IMG/VR virus record: IMGVR_UViG_3300029317_000051
Span: 1 to 24,189 of that record
Origin: a virus
Lineage: Duplodnaviria; Caudoviricetes
Reading direction: 5' to 3' (one strand)
Length of the DNA: 24,189 bases
Part shown: in pieces, positions 1-7,362 of the stretch
Position numbering within the stretch: the stretch's first letter is position 1
Layout of the letters: every line of letters begins with the position of its first letter
The notes under the pieces: generated by a model
What the model was told of the DNA's origin: nothing
The model's input: only the letters and a program-made list of their open reading frames with translations
Databases searched by the model: none
Position numbers and translations under genes: made by a program

Positions 1-234
1 ATGAACAAAGACAAGTCAGGCAATGTTATAGATATGAATCTGGATGAACAGGGTTTTGATATTGCAGTGAAGAATATGCGGCGCGACGAGCGATTAGATA
101 GCTTTGATCAATTGCTATTACTTCTCAAAGCATTGATGCGTAACAACGGTATTAACGGCTTGTCGCCTTACTCAACGCTAGATATTGTTCCAGCATATAA
201 AAAGGGGCATTTTGTTTTCATCCCTGAAGATTAA
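1..234 (+). CDS. Hypothetical phage protein (77 aa; may extend 5' of the window)
   Basis: ORF starts at the window edge and is co-oriented with downstream genes; no recognisable motif. Confidence 0.55.
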   Translation: MNKDKSGNVIDMNLDEQGFDIAVKNMRRDERLDSFDQLLLLLKALMRNNGINGLSPYSTLDIVPAYKKGHFVFIPED

Positions 235-244
235 GAGATGAGGG

Positions 245-526
245 GTGTTTGCTCAAACCTCGCGATCTAACAAAGCGCCGAGGCGTAGACAAATAGCCTT
301 GGTTCTTAATTCTGAAGCAATGGTTACTGTAGCCGTGTTTTTGTCGTCAAGAGAAGCGTCCAAAGCATTGGGGTTACCATCAGGGGCGCTTGATAGAGCT
401 AGGGTTAATGGAAATCTAGTAGGGGAAACGCCGCCTGTGTATCTCAAAACAGGAGCCTACTACAGATATGAAGTTAAAGAATTAAATCTTTGGAGAGAAA
501 AATTTAAAAAGAAACATCAAAAGTAA
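245..526 (+). CDS. Small HTH DNA-binding protein (AlpA/excisionase-like)
   Basis: FLSSREASKALGLPSGALDRARVNG..PPVYLKTGAYYRYEVKELNLW fits the HTH_17/AlpA/Xis-type pattern; GTG start after purine-rich GAGATGAGGG. Confidence 0.6.
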   Translation: MFAQTSRSNKAPRRRQIALVLNSEAMVTVAVFLSSREASKALGLPSGALDRARVNGNLVGETPPVYLKTGAYYRYEVKELNLWREKFKKKHQK

Positions 527-532
527 AACAGC

Positions 533-569
533 AAAAAGCCCCAAGATGCTACCAACACCTTGAGGCTTT
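533..569 (-). terminator. Intrinsic terminator, best formed on the minus strand
   Basis: Minus strand reads AAAGCCTCAAGGTG-TTGGTAG-CATCTTGGGGC-TTTTT: full stem with G-U pairs plus a U-tract; the + strand version has C-A mismatches. Confidence 0.6.
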
Positions 570-655
570 ATGTCCCTACTAAAAGTAAGAACGTGCTTTA
601 GCTCCTCAGCCGAAACACAAGTGTAGCAATTATCTAATGTAAGGGGTAGGTAACA

Positions 656-1249
656 ATGCAAGGCATTAAGGGCGAATGGGTATTACGGCTTTTAACACCA
701 AAAGGGGCAATGATTGGAGGCGTTGGGGGTGGCGTACCGTCAGTAGTTGCAGAGGATGTATTAAGGGCGTTAAGCGCTAATGGGATTGTGGGGTTTGAGT
801 TTGATTACTTAATGGCGTATTTATCTAGCGACGTGACAGACCAAGAAGTTAAGCGATTAGAAATTGATGCGTATATCTGGGCGGCGGGCATTGCGGCAAA
901 AAATGATTGGAGAATGCAGAAGAAAAAAGAAGTGTTACGCCCGTGTGCTTTGAGCGCCGTTAGAGAAAGATTACAGCCGGAAGTTACGCGCTGCATCTCG
1001 TGCAAAGGACGCAAAATTAATAAAAAAAATAAAAAATGTTCTGCATGCAATGGTTCGGGGGTTAAGCGCCCCAGGAGTTCTTATTATTTTGAGGCTTTAG
1101 GGGTGAGTAGGCAGCAGTGGGTAAGTGTTTGGTTTGAAAGGCATAAATCAATAATGATAGAGTTGGATTCGATCATTGAAAGGGCGGCGAGAGTGGCAAG
1201 TAAAACGGTAAATATAACAAGAGAATATGAATTAAAAATGGCTGTATAA
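656..1249 (+). CDS. Q: Late-gene antitermination protein Q (lambda-Q-like, Zn finger)
   Basis: CISCKG...CSACNGSG zinc finger followed by HTH-like LGVSRQQWVSVW; lies directly upstream of a pR'-like promoter and the lysis genes; SD AAGGGG/AGG. Confidence 0.8.
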   Translation: MQGIKGEWVLRLLTPKGAMIGGVGGGVPSVVAEDVLRALSANGIVGFEFDYLMAYLSSDVTDQEVKRLEIDAYIWAAGIAAKNDWRMQKKKEVLRPCALSAVRERLQPEVTRCISCKGRKINKKNKKCSACNGSGVKRPRSSYYFEALGVSRQQWVSVWFERHKSIMIELDSIIERAARVASKTVNITREYELKMAV

Positions 1250-1282
1250 ACGTCCATGCCTATAATTATTTACAGTTTCGTG

Positions 1283-1326
1283 TTTACAAACCTTACAAAA
1301 CGGCATATTCTCGCTCTAACGATGGG
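1283..1326 (+). promoter_or_regulatory. Late promoter pR' with qut site and sigma70 pause element
   Basis: -35 TTTACA (1283-1288), 17-bp spacer, -10 TATTCT (1306-1311), then AACGATGGG (1318-1326), the same as the start of the lambda pR' transcript; TTACAAA direct repeat at 1284-1290 and 1293-1299. Confidence 0.75.
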
Positions 1327-1400
1327 AAATAACGCCTAAACACAAATAAAGAGCAAAAGCGCAATGTAAATAACTACACAGTTTCTCTACAAAATAGATA

Positions 1401-1431
1401 AAAAGCCGGTTGGAAACTTCCGGCTTTTTTT
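1401..1431 (+). terminator. tR'-like intrinsic terminator 1
   Basis: AAAAGCCGG-TTGGAAACTT-CCGGC-TTTTTTT. Confidence 0.85.
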
Positions 1432-1477
1432 GTGCCTTTCGTCCGGGTTTACTTCCCTTGGTAAGCCAAACCCCTGG

Positions 1478-1508
1478 AAAGCCCCGGTCTAATAAGCCGG
1501 GGCTTTTT
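1478..1508 (+). terminator. tR'-like intrinsic terminator 2
   Basis: AAAGCCCCGG-TCTAATAAG-CCGGGGC-TTTTT. Confidence 0.85.
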
Positions 1509-1513
1509 ACTTT

Positions 1514-1951
1514 ATGAAAATAAGGCTAGAGCGGTTTCTTCACGCAGATAACTTTACGTTAGGACGGTTATTTGTTGGTAACGAAGTATTTTTTACGATA
1601 GAGAAACCATGGAAAGATAACGAGCCTTTTATATCGTGCATTCCAGTAGGGAAATATATTTGCAAGAAGTACAGCTCAGATAAGTACCCGAACACCTATG
1701 AAATCACCGAAGTACCTAACAGAACTCAAATACTTTTTCACGTCGCTAATTATGCCCGCGATGTTCTTGGGTGTATCGGAATTGGATTGGGTGTTGGTTG
1801 CTGGTTTGATCGGGGGAATTTTCTACACGCAGTAACGGAAAGTGAATCAATGATTGGTGTGACTAACTCAAGAAATGCGGTTAACCAATTTATGGATCTA
1901 GTTGGGTCTTGCTTTGAATTTGAATTAGAAATAGTTGGAGGTGGGTCGTGA
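1514..1951 (+). CDS. DUF5675-family putative endolysin
   Basis: TLGRL..TIEKPW..SCIPVGKY..VPNRTQILFHVANY..GCIGIG matches the DUF5675 pattern (His/Cys); first late gene, next to a holin. Confidence 0.75.
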   Translation: MKIRLERFLHADNFTLGRLFVGNEVFFTIEKPWKDNEPFISCIPVGKYICKKYSSDKYPNTYEITEVPNRTQILFHVANYARDVLGCIGIGLGVGCWFDRGNFLHAVTESESMIGVTNSRNAVNQFMDLVGSCFEFELEIVGGGS

Positions 1952-2340
1952 ACATTTTTCAGTCGTTAATAAGCGGAGGGGCTGCTTCAACAATTGAGGC
2001 GGCAGATAGTCTTATTGATAATGCGTTCACTTCTGACGACGAGCGACTTTCGCGCGCAGAGGCGCTGGAAAGAATTCAGGCGACCCGTGATACTGCGAAC
2101 ATAGCGTTAAACGCGTTAGGTGTAAAAAGCTCAACGTTCTTTATCGCTGGCTGGCGTCCGGCTATAGGGTGGGTTGGTGTTTTTGTTCTGATTTATCAGT
2201 TTATAGTTTTCCCTGTTTTAGATGTTTTTTTTGATATGCCGAAGCCAATGGATGCTGACATGCTGTGGAATATGGTTGTTGGGATGCTTGGTGTTGCTGG
2301 CTTTAGAACTGTAGAGAAATTAAAAGGGAAGGCTAGATAA
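1948..2340 (+). CDS. Holin, 3-TM (GTA_holin_3TM-like)
   Basis: FTSDDER and FIAGWRPAIGW motifs, hydrophobic segments, C-terminal GMLG..GFRTVEKLKG; GTGA overlap with the endolysin stop. Confidence 0.85.
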   Translation: MNIFQSLISGGAASTIEAADSLIDNAFTSDDERLSRAEALERIQATRDTANIALNALGVKSSTFFIAGWRPAIGWVGVFVLIYQFIVFPVLDVFFDMPKPMDADMLWNMVVGMLGVAGFRTVEKLKGKAR

Positions 2341-2341
2341 A

Positions 2342-2644
2342 ATGGAGAGTTCAAATTCAATAATTAAGGTTGCTGCTTTTGTGGTGACTGTTATTGGTCT
2401 GGTGTCCACGCTTTCCTGGAGGCAGAGTGAAAGTGTGGATCGAATAAATCAGAGAATCGAAAAGGTAGAGCAGCGTGCAGACGCCGAGATAAAAGATCTA
2501 GAAGTTCAGCTTAATGCTGATCGCCTTAGGGCGGCAGAGAACTACGTAAGTTATGAGCATTTGGAAAAATATGTGCGCATACCAATGAAAGAAGGTTTTG
2601 AAAAATTGGAAAGATTGATTATCAGGGCGGCATCTAAGCAATGA
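2342..2644 (+). CDS. Membrane-anchored coiled-coil protein, lysis-associated
   Basis: N-terminal TM (VAAFVVTVIGLVSTLSW) followed by heptad-like charged helix; starts 1 nt after the holin stop. Confidence 0.6.
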   Translation: MESSNSIIKVAAFVVTVIGLVSTLSWRQSESVDRINQRIEKVEQRADAEIKDLEVQLNADRLRAAENYVSYEHLEKYVRIPMKEGFEKLERLIIRAASKQ

Positions 2645-4020
2645 AGATTAAAAGTTCAATCATAGGGCTGGTTTTATCCGTCTTGCTTGTTGTTGGGTTA
2701 TCGCCAAGTCATGCGGCAATAGTTTTTTCAATAAAGCAAAGCCCAGCACAGGGCGGCATTCTTGACGGTCACTATCCGTTAGGTAATGCGCCCGAAACTT
2801 CTGTAGAACTTAACTCCTTATTGTTCGAAAGCTTTGAGGGTTACGCGGGGGATCTCGTTCCCATTCTTCGAACCACGGAAACCTATGGAGATGAGTACAA
2901 GTATTTTCAAAAGGATGCGGATACAAGCGGTGATCGGCGAGATGGTACTGCCTATATAAGTACAGCCAATCCATTGTTCGGCACTCGATCAATGCGCATT
3001 GATGTTGATACAGGTCAAATTAATGGGGGCAACGGGTCATCTGGTGATGCTGGCTCATTGTTCTTATCCTATTACAACCAGAACAACGCAAGTGAGTATT
3101 CGCAACTTAGGGATACGGTAACAGGCTGGCAAAATAAAACGTATAACATGATGCGGTACTGGATATGGGTGCCCCCGTCTACTGTTCCGGCTACAACATC
3201 TGCGTCTGAAGCAGCGGGGGGGATGCCATACACGCATAACGCTGGTCAACCTGATGGCGCTAGTAATCATGATATTGGTTTTTACTTGCGCCGCCCTGGT
3301 ACAGGCACTGGTGAAAAAGAAACGGATAACTTTAAGCTCTACCACTATTACAATCTGGATTATGTAAATAACTGGATTTGTGTGGAAGTAGACACGTATC
3401 CTGATGCGCAACGTGGTGACGATGAATCTGATGGTGATCCAGGCAATTGGTTATACCCGATGGAAAATACCTTTCGAGGTAATGCTCCTTATGCTGGGTA
3501 TACTGGTGACACTCAGGCAGAAAGCTATTTTGACATGGTTACCTATTGGTACATCTCCGATAGATATGGCGTCAGTAGTTACCCATCTACTTGGGATATC
3601 GACGGGCTAGAGTTTTACACCGAAGACTACAACGATGTCGATTTCGCTAACATCAAGGGCGTCGCGCACACTTTCCGTAAAGATGCAGGGAATGAAAATA
3701 CACTCTGGGTACAGTGGGGCCGTAATGAAAATGTATCTAAATCTGTAGGTATTTACTCAGTTAAATACGCCTACTCTAGTTTTTATGAGAACGGTGGTTT
3801 TGCTGCGCACGGTACTTCAGCACCAACCAGTAAATCCCAACAAGCTTGGGACGCTGTTCAGGGTATGAACTCTGGTGGGCACAACAAGGTGCATTACCAA
3901 ACCGATCAAATTCCCGTATTCGGTCAGAAGTATGTATATATCGCAATTAAAATGAACTCACAAGCAACCGCATTTAGGGAAGTTCGTATCCCGTTGACGC
4001 CTGCTGGCTATCCAAACTAG
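2641..4020 (+). CDS. Secreted protein (Sec signal peptide), probable beta-sandwich/carbohydrate-interacting, 459 aa
   Basis: MKIK + hydrophobic core + SHA|A cleavage-like site; rich in Y/W/D/G; ATGA overlap with the upstream gene. Product class is inferred. Confidence 0.65.
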   Translation: MKIKSSIIGLVLSVLLVVGLSPSHAAIVFSIKQSPAQGGILDGHYPLGNAPETSVELNSLLFESFEGYAGDLVPILRTTETYGDEYKYFQKDADTSGDRRDGTAYISTANPLFGTRSMRIDVDTGQINGGNGSSGDAGSLFLSYYNQNNASEYSQLRDTVTGWQNKTYNMMRYWIWVPPSTVPATTSASEAAGGMPYTHNAGQPDGASNHDIGFYLRRPGTGTGEKETDNFKLYHYYNLDYVNNWICVEVDTYPDAQRGDDESDGDPGNWLYPMENTFRGNAPYAGYTGDTQAESYFDMVTYWYISDRYGVSSYPSTWDIDGLEFYTEDYNDVDFANIKGVAHTFRKDAGNENTLWVQWGRNENVSKSVGIYSVKYAYSSFYENGGFAAHGTSAPTSKSQQAWDAVQGMNSGGHNKVHYQTDQIPVFGQKYVYIAIKMNSQATAFREVRIPLTPAGYPN

Positions 4021-4032
4021 AAGGCTTATAAC

Positions 4033-6669
4033 ATGGCTACGCATTTACTCGGCGTTGAATATGCCACCGTTCAGGGTTGGTATACTGCGGAAAGAAATAC
4101 ACTTGACCCTGAAGGCGCAATACTTCACCTTCCCGCCGGCACAACAACACTAATAGCCAAAATACAGTTCCGTTACGGTTCTGCTGCTATGACTATAACT
4201 TGCGCCCCTGGCGCGGAATGTGTTGGTGATGTAAGGGCCGTTACTCTACCCTCTATAGCTGTATTAGATGTCGGCGGTTTTGACCTTGATTTCCGTGACG
4301 ACAATTTAAAGTTCTTGGATGTATATGTTAGGAACTTCGATTTCACGAGCACAGGCGATACCTATAACGAGCTGACCTTTGAACGCTCCGTTGCTGAAGG
4401 CTATTTTGATATAGTTAATAGTGCCAATAATATTAACTTTATTGATTCTGTTGCCGTGCAGCGTCCAGGTGATGCCAATGGCAACGCTGATAAGGTAATT
4501 GATTTACAGGGCGCTGTGGGCATTACTGCTTTGCGCTCATCCTTTATTAATGCTGCTGGTGGTGTGTCTGCTGCTAGCGCTGCTGTATTGTCGCGTACAA
4601 CCGGCGCAAGCTCGTATAATCAGTGTGTCATACACTCGCCAACTAATCCCGCGTTTCTGCTTAGCTCAGGTACTGCGCCAACAAATAGCGCTAACAACGC
4701 TGCCAGTGATGCCACTTTTAATGCTTATGGTGCTCTAAGTTCTGCCGTTACGTCTGATGATTTCATGGACTTTGATGCAGGAGATTACCGGCTTAAGTCT
4801 GAGAGTGTTCCTGCGCTTCTTGGCGGTGGAATCGGCGCGTTTATTCAGCCTATTATTAATGAAAACCCTGTTCTAGATACGCCGTTAGGTAATCTTTCTT
4901 TTGTAGAAGGCTCGGTTGGTTTTGTTGATCTTGATGGAAACTTTAGTGATGCTAACATAGGTGACACATTAACGTTTTCTGATCCAGTTCCCGAGCTTCC
5001 GTCGGGTTATACTTTTGATAATTCGAATGCAAGAGTTGCTCGTGATGGATCGCAGGTAATAGCAGCCCAGGCTACGTTTACAATCACCGCGTCAGATGGT
5101 CATGGTGGAACTGATGCAGTAGGAACCTTTACACTAACAACAACGGCAATTGTTCCGGCTTTAAATAGCATTGATACAGATAACGTAATTCAAGCAGGTC
5201 AAACCGGAATTGCAATTGCTACAGCGGGCTTGCCTGCCGCGCAACCGGCTGGATTGGTTATACAGTTAAGCGGCCGGGATTTAGGGCTAGAGTCATGGAA
5301 TAGTGGCCAGCCAACTGTAACCGTTGGCACTCATATTAATCTCCCTTGGTGGGCGGAAAATTTACAGCTAAGCATGAATTATGTAGGGCTCGTGGATGGC
5401 CCTATCACGTTAGACAATGTGACAATGCTAGGAATCCCTGGTTGGATTGAGGCAACGTTTAACGGTATTGCTCCAGTTCCAGATGGGGAAAGTGGAACAG
5501 AGTCATTTCACGAGAAAGCGCAACTTGATCCAGAGGTTGGCGAATATGAAATGCTTGAGGGTGATATTGTTGTACTTGAGCAAATTGGTGACGTTACTGT
5601 CGATGAGCAAACGATTGTTACTAAATCAAGTGGAACGTCAACGGGGTATTATAAGATTTGGCGTGCAGCTATTGGTGCGTTTACAGGTGTCAGTACCTAT
5701 ACTTTTACAGATGAAGGTGTGCCGGACGCGATTAACCAAGGGCCTGTTGTAACAGCGCCAGCCGATGACTCAATTGAGTTTGCCAATGGCTCAGGTGGTC
5801 TTGCAAAAAATGACCCTGCATTGGTTGCCTTGCTTGCGACAGCGTCGGTTTTTGATGATGTTGATACGCTTACCGTAAGCGCTGATTTGTCGGGGTTTGC
5901 TGACCCAATACCGGCGGGCACAATCACAGTACAGTTTAATTCAACGGCTGACGCTGGTGGGTTGATTGGTAGCGATACCATGCAGCTCGTTATCTCTGAA
6001 GCAGCCGCAGCAAATAACCCGCCAACATTCACGAATAGTGCGCCCACCGTCGCTACTGTTGGTAACTTGTATTCATTCGCACCAAGCACTAACGATATTG
6101 ACGGCGACACGGTAACGCTAACAAGCATAACGCTTCCATCCTGGCTAACGCTTGCTGGTGGTTTTTTATCTGGCACTCCAGCGGAGAGCGACATAGGAAC
6201 TCATTCAGTCACTTTGTCTGGAAATGATGGGAATGTTTCTACGCCGTTAAGCTTTAATGTTGTGGTGAGCGCTCAAGGCTTTAGCTATCCAGAGGACCGG
6301 GTATTTAAGTTCGCTTCAACGCTTATGCCTTCGTTAGTTGTTGGTGACACATTCAGAGGGCGCGGGACTTTTTGGGCTGGTGTGCCTAATGCTGTTTACG
6401 GTGTTGGCTCTGCTTCTTCAATATCAGCGGCTATCATATCGGCAGATCATACCCAGCGTTATTGTGATCCCGTTGTGCAGAGCGTTAGCGCTGTCGGTTC
6501 TGATTGGGATAATGGGATAATTGTTGTTTCGTTGCCCAAAGATATTGCCGCGCAAATAAGCGCCCACATTAAAAAGAAAGAAACGGCCAAGGTTGAGATT
6601 CAAGTTACGATAGATGGTGAAGACTATACGTGGTTCTCGCCTGTTCAGTTGATACCGGGGCATATTTAA
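4033..6669 (+). CDS. Multidomain adhesin-like protein: beta-helix + cadherin-like/Ig domains, 878 aa
   Basis: Beta-helix cap motif FMDFDAGDYRL..GIGAF; cadherin-like NENPV..FSDANIGDTLTF..LPSG..ITASDG; HYR/Ig-like NQGPVVTAPAD; He_PIG-like NNPPTF..DIDGDTVT..LPSWL..LSGTP..DIG; no signal peptide. Confidence 0.75.
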   Translation: MATHLLGVEYATVQGWYTAERNTLDPEGAILHLPAGTTTLIAKIQFRYGSAAMTITCAPGAECVGDVRAVTLPSIAVLDVGGFDLDFRDDNLKFLDVYVRNFDFTSTGDTYNELTFERSVAEGYFDIVNSANNINFIDSVAVQRPGDANGNADKVIDLQGAVGITALRSSFINAAGGVSAASAAVLSRTTGASSYNQCVIHSPTNPAFLLSSGTAPTNSANNAASDATFNAYGALSSAVTSDDFMDFDAGDYRLKSESVPALLGGGIGAFIQPIINENPVLDTPLGNLSFVEGSVGFVDLDGNFSDANIGDTLTFSDPVPELPSGYTFDNSNARVARDGSQVIAAQATFTITASDGHGGTDAVGTFTLTTTAIVPALNSIDTDNVIQAGQTGIAIATAGLPAAQPAGLVIQLSGRDLGLESWNSGQPTVTVGTHINLPWWAENLQLSMNYVGLVDGPITLDNVTMLGIPGWIEATFNGIAPVPDGESGTESFHEKAQLDPEVGEYEMLEGDIVVLEQIGDVTVDEQTIVTKSSGTSTGYYKIWRAAIGAFTGVSTYTFTDEGVPDAINQGPVVTAPADDSIEFANGSGGLAKNDPALVALLATASVFDDVDTLTVSADLSGFADPIPAGTITVQFNSTADAGGLIGSDTMQLVISEAAAANNPPTFTNSAPTVATVGNLYSFAPSTNDIDGDTVTLTSITLPSWLTLAGGFLSGTPAESDIGTHSVTLSGNDGNVSTPLSFNVVVSAQGFSYPEDRVFKFASTLMPSLVVGDTFRGRGTFWAGVPNAVYGVGSASSISAAIISADHTQRYCDPVVQSVSAVGSDWDNGIIVVSLPKDIAAQISAHIKKKETAKVEIQVTIDGEDYTWFSPVQLIPGHI

Positions 6670-6672
6670 GTA

Positions 6673-7263
6673 GTGCGCATATCAATACAGAGCAACCTAA
6701 AGAAGCTAACAAAGAACCTTAATAATATTCAAAAGAAGCAAATTCCGTTTGCTACTGCAAAAGCGTTAACAGCTACCGCCATAGAGGCAAGGGCAGCGGC
6801 AAAGAAGGCAATGGTTTCGAAGCTTGATAGGCCGACTCCTTGGACGGTCAGGGGCGTGCTGTACGAGAAAGCAACAAAGCACAATCTGAAATCAGCAGTG
6901 TATATCAAGGATGACAGAGCAAGGTATCTTAAGTGGCAAATTTCGGGCGGGACGCGTAAGGCTCGCAATAAAGCTTTGTTAATTCCCGGAAATATTAAGC
7001 TTAACAAGTACGGCAACCTGCCGCGCAACAGAGTGGCGAAGCTAAGGGCTAAGGACAATGTCTTTAGCGGCAAGGTTGACGGGGTGGGTGGTATTTATCA
7101 GCGATACAAAAGGAAAGCGCCGAAGTTGTTGGTGTCGTTTGAGAAACAAGTTAAGTATGGCGTCAAGTATCCCTTTGGAAAGATAGTAAAGGGATCGGTT
7201 AGGCGTAACTTTGAAAAGAACTTTAGCAATGCGCTGGCACAAGCATTGAAGACAGCGCGGTAA
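6673..7263 (+). CDS. Lambda gpZ-like (tail completion/neck) basic protein
   Basis: KQIPFATAKALTATA..LDRPTPWT motif; highly basic; no Z-like gene is present at the usual position between FII and U. Confidence 0.6.
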   Translation: MRISIQSNLKKLTKNLNNIQKKQIPFATAKALTATAIEARAAAKKAMVSKLDRPTPWTVRGVLYEKATKHNLKSAVYIKDDRARYLKWQISGGTRKARNKALLIPGNIKLNKYGNLPRNRVAKLRAKDNVFSGKVDGVGGIYQRYKRKAPKLLVSFEKQVKYGVKYPFGKIVKGSVRRNFEKNFSNALAQALKTAR

Positions 7264-7310
7264 TGCGAATGGGGCGGAATATGCACGCATATGGGGCGAA
7301 AAATAAAAAA

Positions 7311-7362
7311 AGGTACTCCTGGGAATATGCCCACTGAGGGTAATTCGCACCTCGACGTTTTA
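7311..7362 (+). promoter_or_regulatory. Probable cos packaging site (cosQ/cosN-like)
   Basis: Non-coding gap directly upstream of the small terminase; AGGTACT (cosQ-like), dyad GAGG-GTAATTCGCA-CCTC (7336-7353), followed by GACGTTTT resembling lambda ACCTCGCGGGTTTT. Confidence 0.55.

Noticed and set aside
1002-1014. GCAA-N5-GCAA inside Q as a CII box for a PaQ-like promoter
   Set aside because: Lambda CII sites are TTGC-N6-TTGC; spacing here is 5 and the motif is explained by Cys/Lys/Arg codons.
1257-1266. Perfect TATAAT as the late promoter -10
   Set aside because: No credible -35 (ATGGCT) and no correctly spaced extended TG; the 1283-1311 promoter fits the pause element better.
4499-4738. 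Hydrophobic Cys-containing +1-frame ORF as an embedded o-spanin/lipoprotein (similarly 6338-6520 and 17423-17734)
   Set aside because: Leu/Cys richness is the expected shadow of GCT/GTT-rich codons in the main frame; no clear SD or canonical start, no good lipobox, and far from the Rz-like gene.
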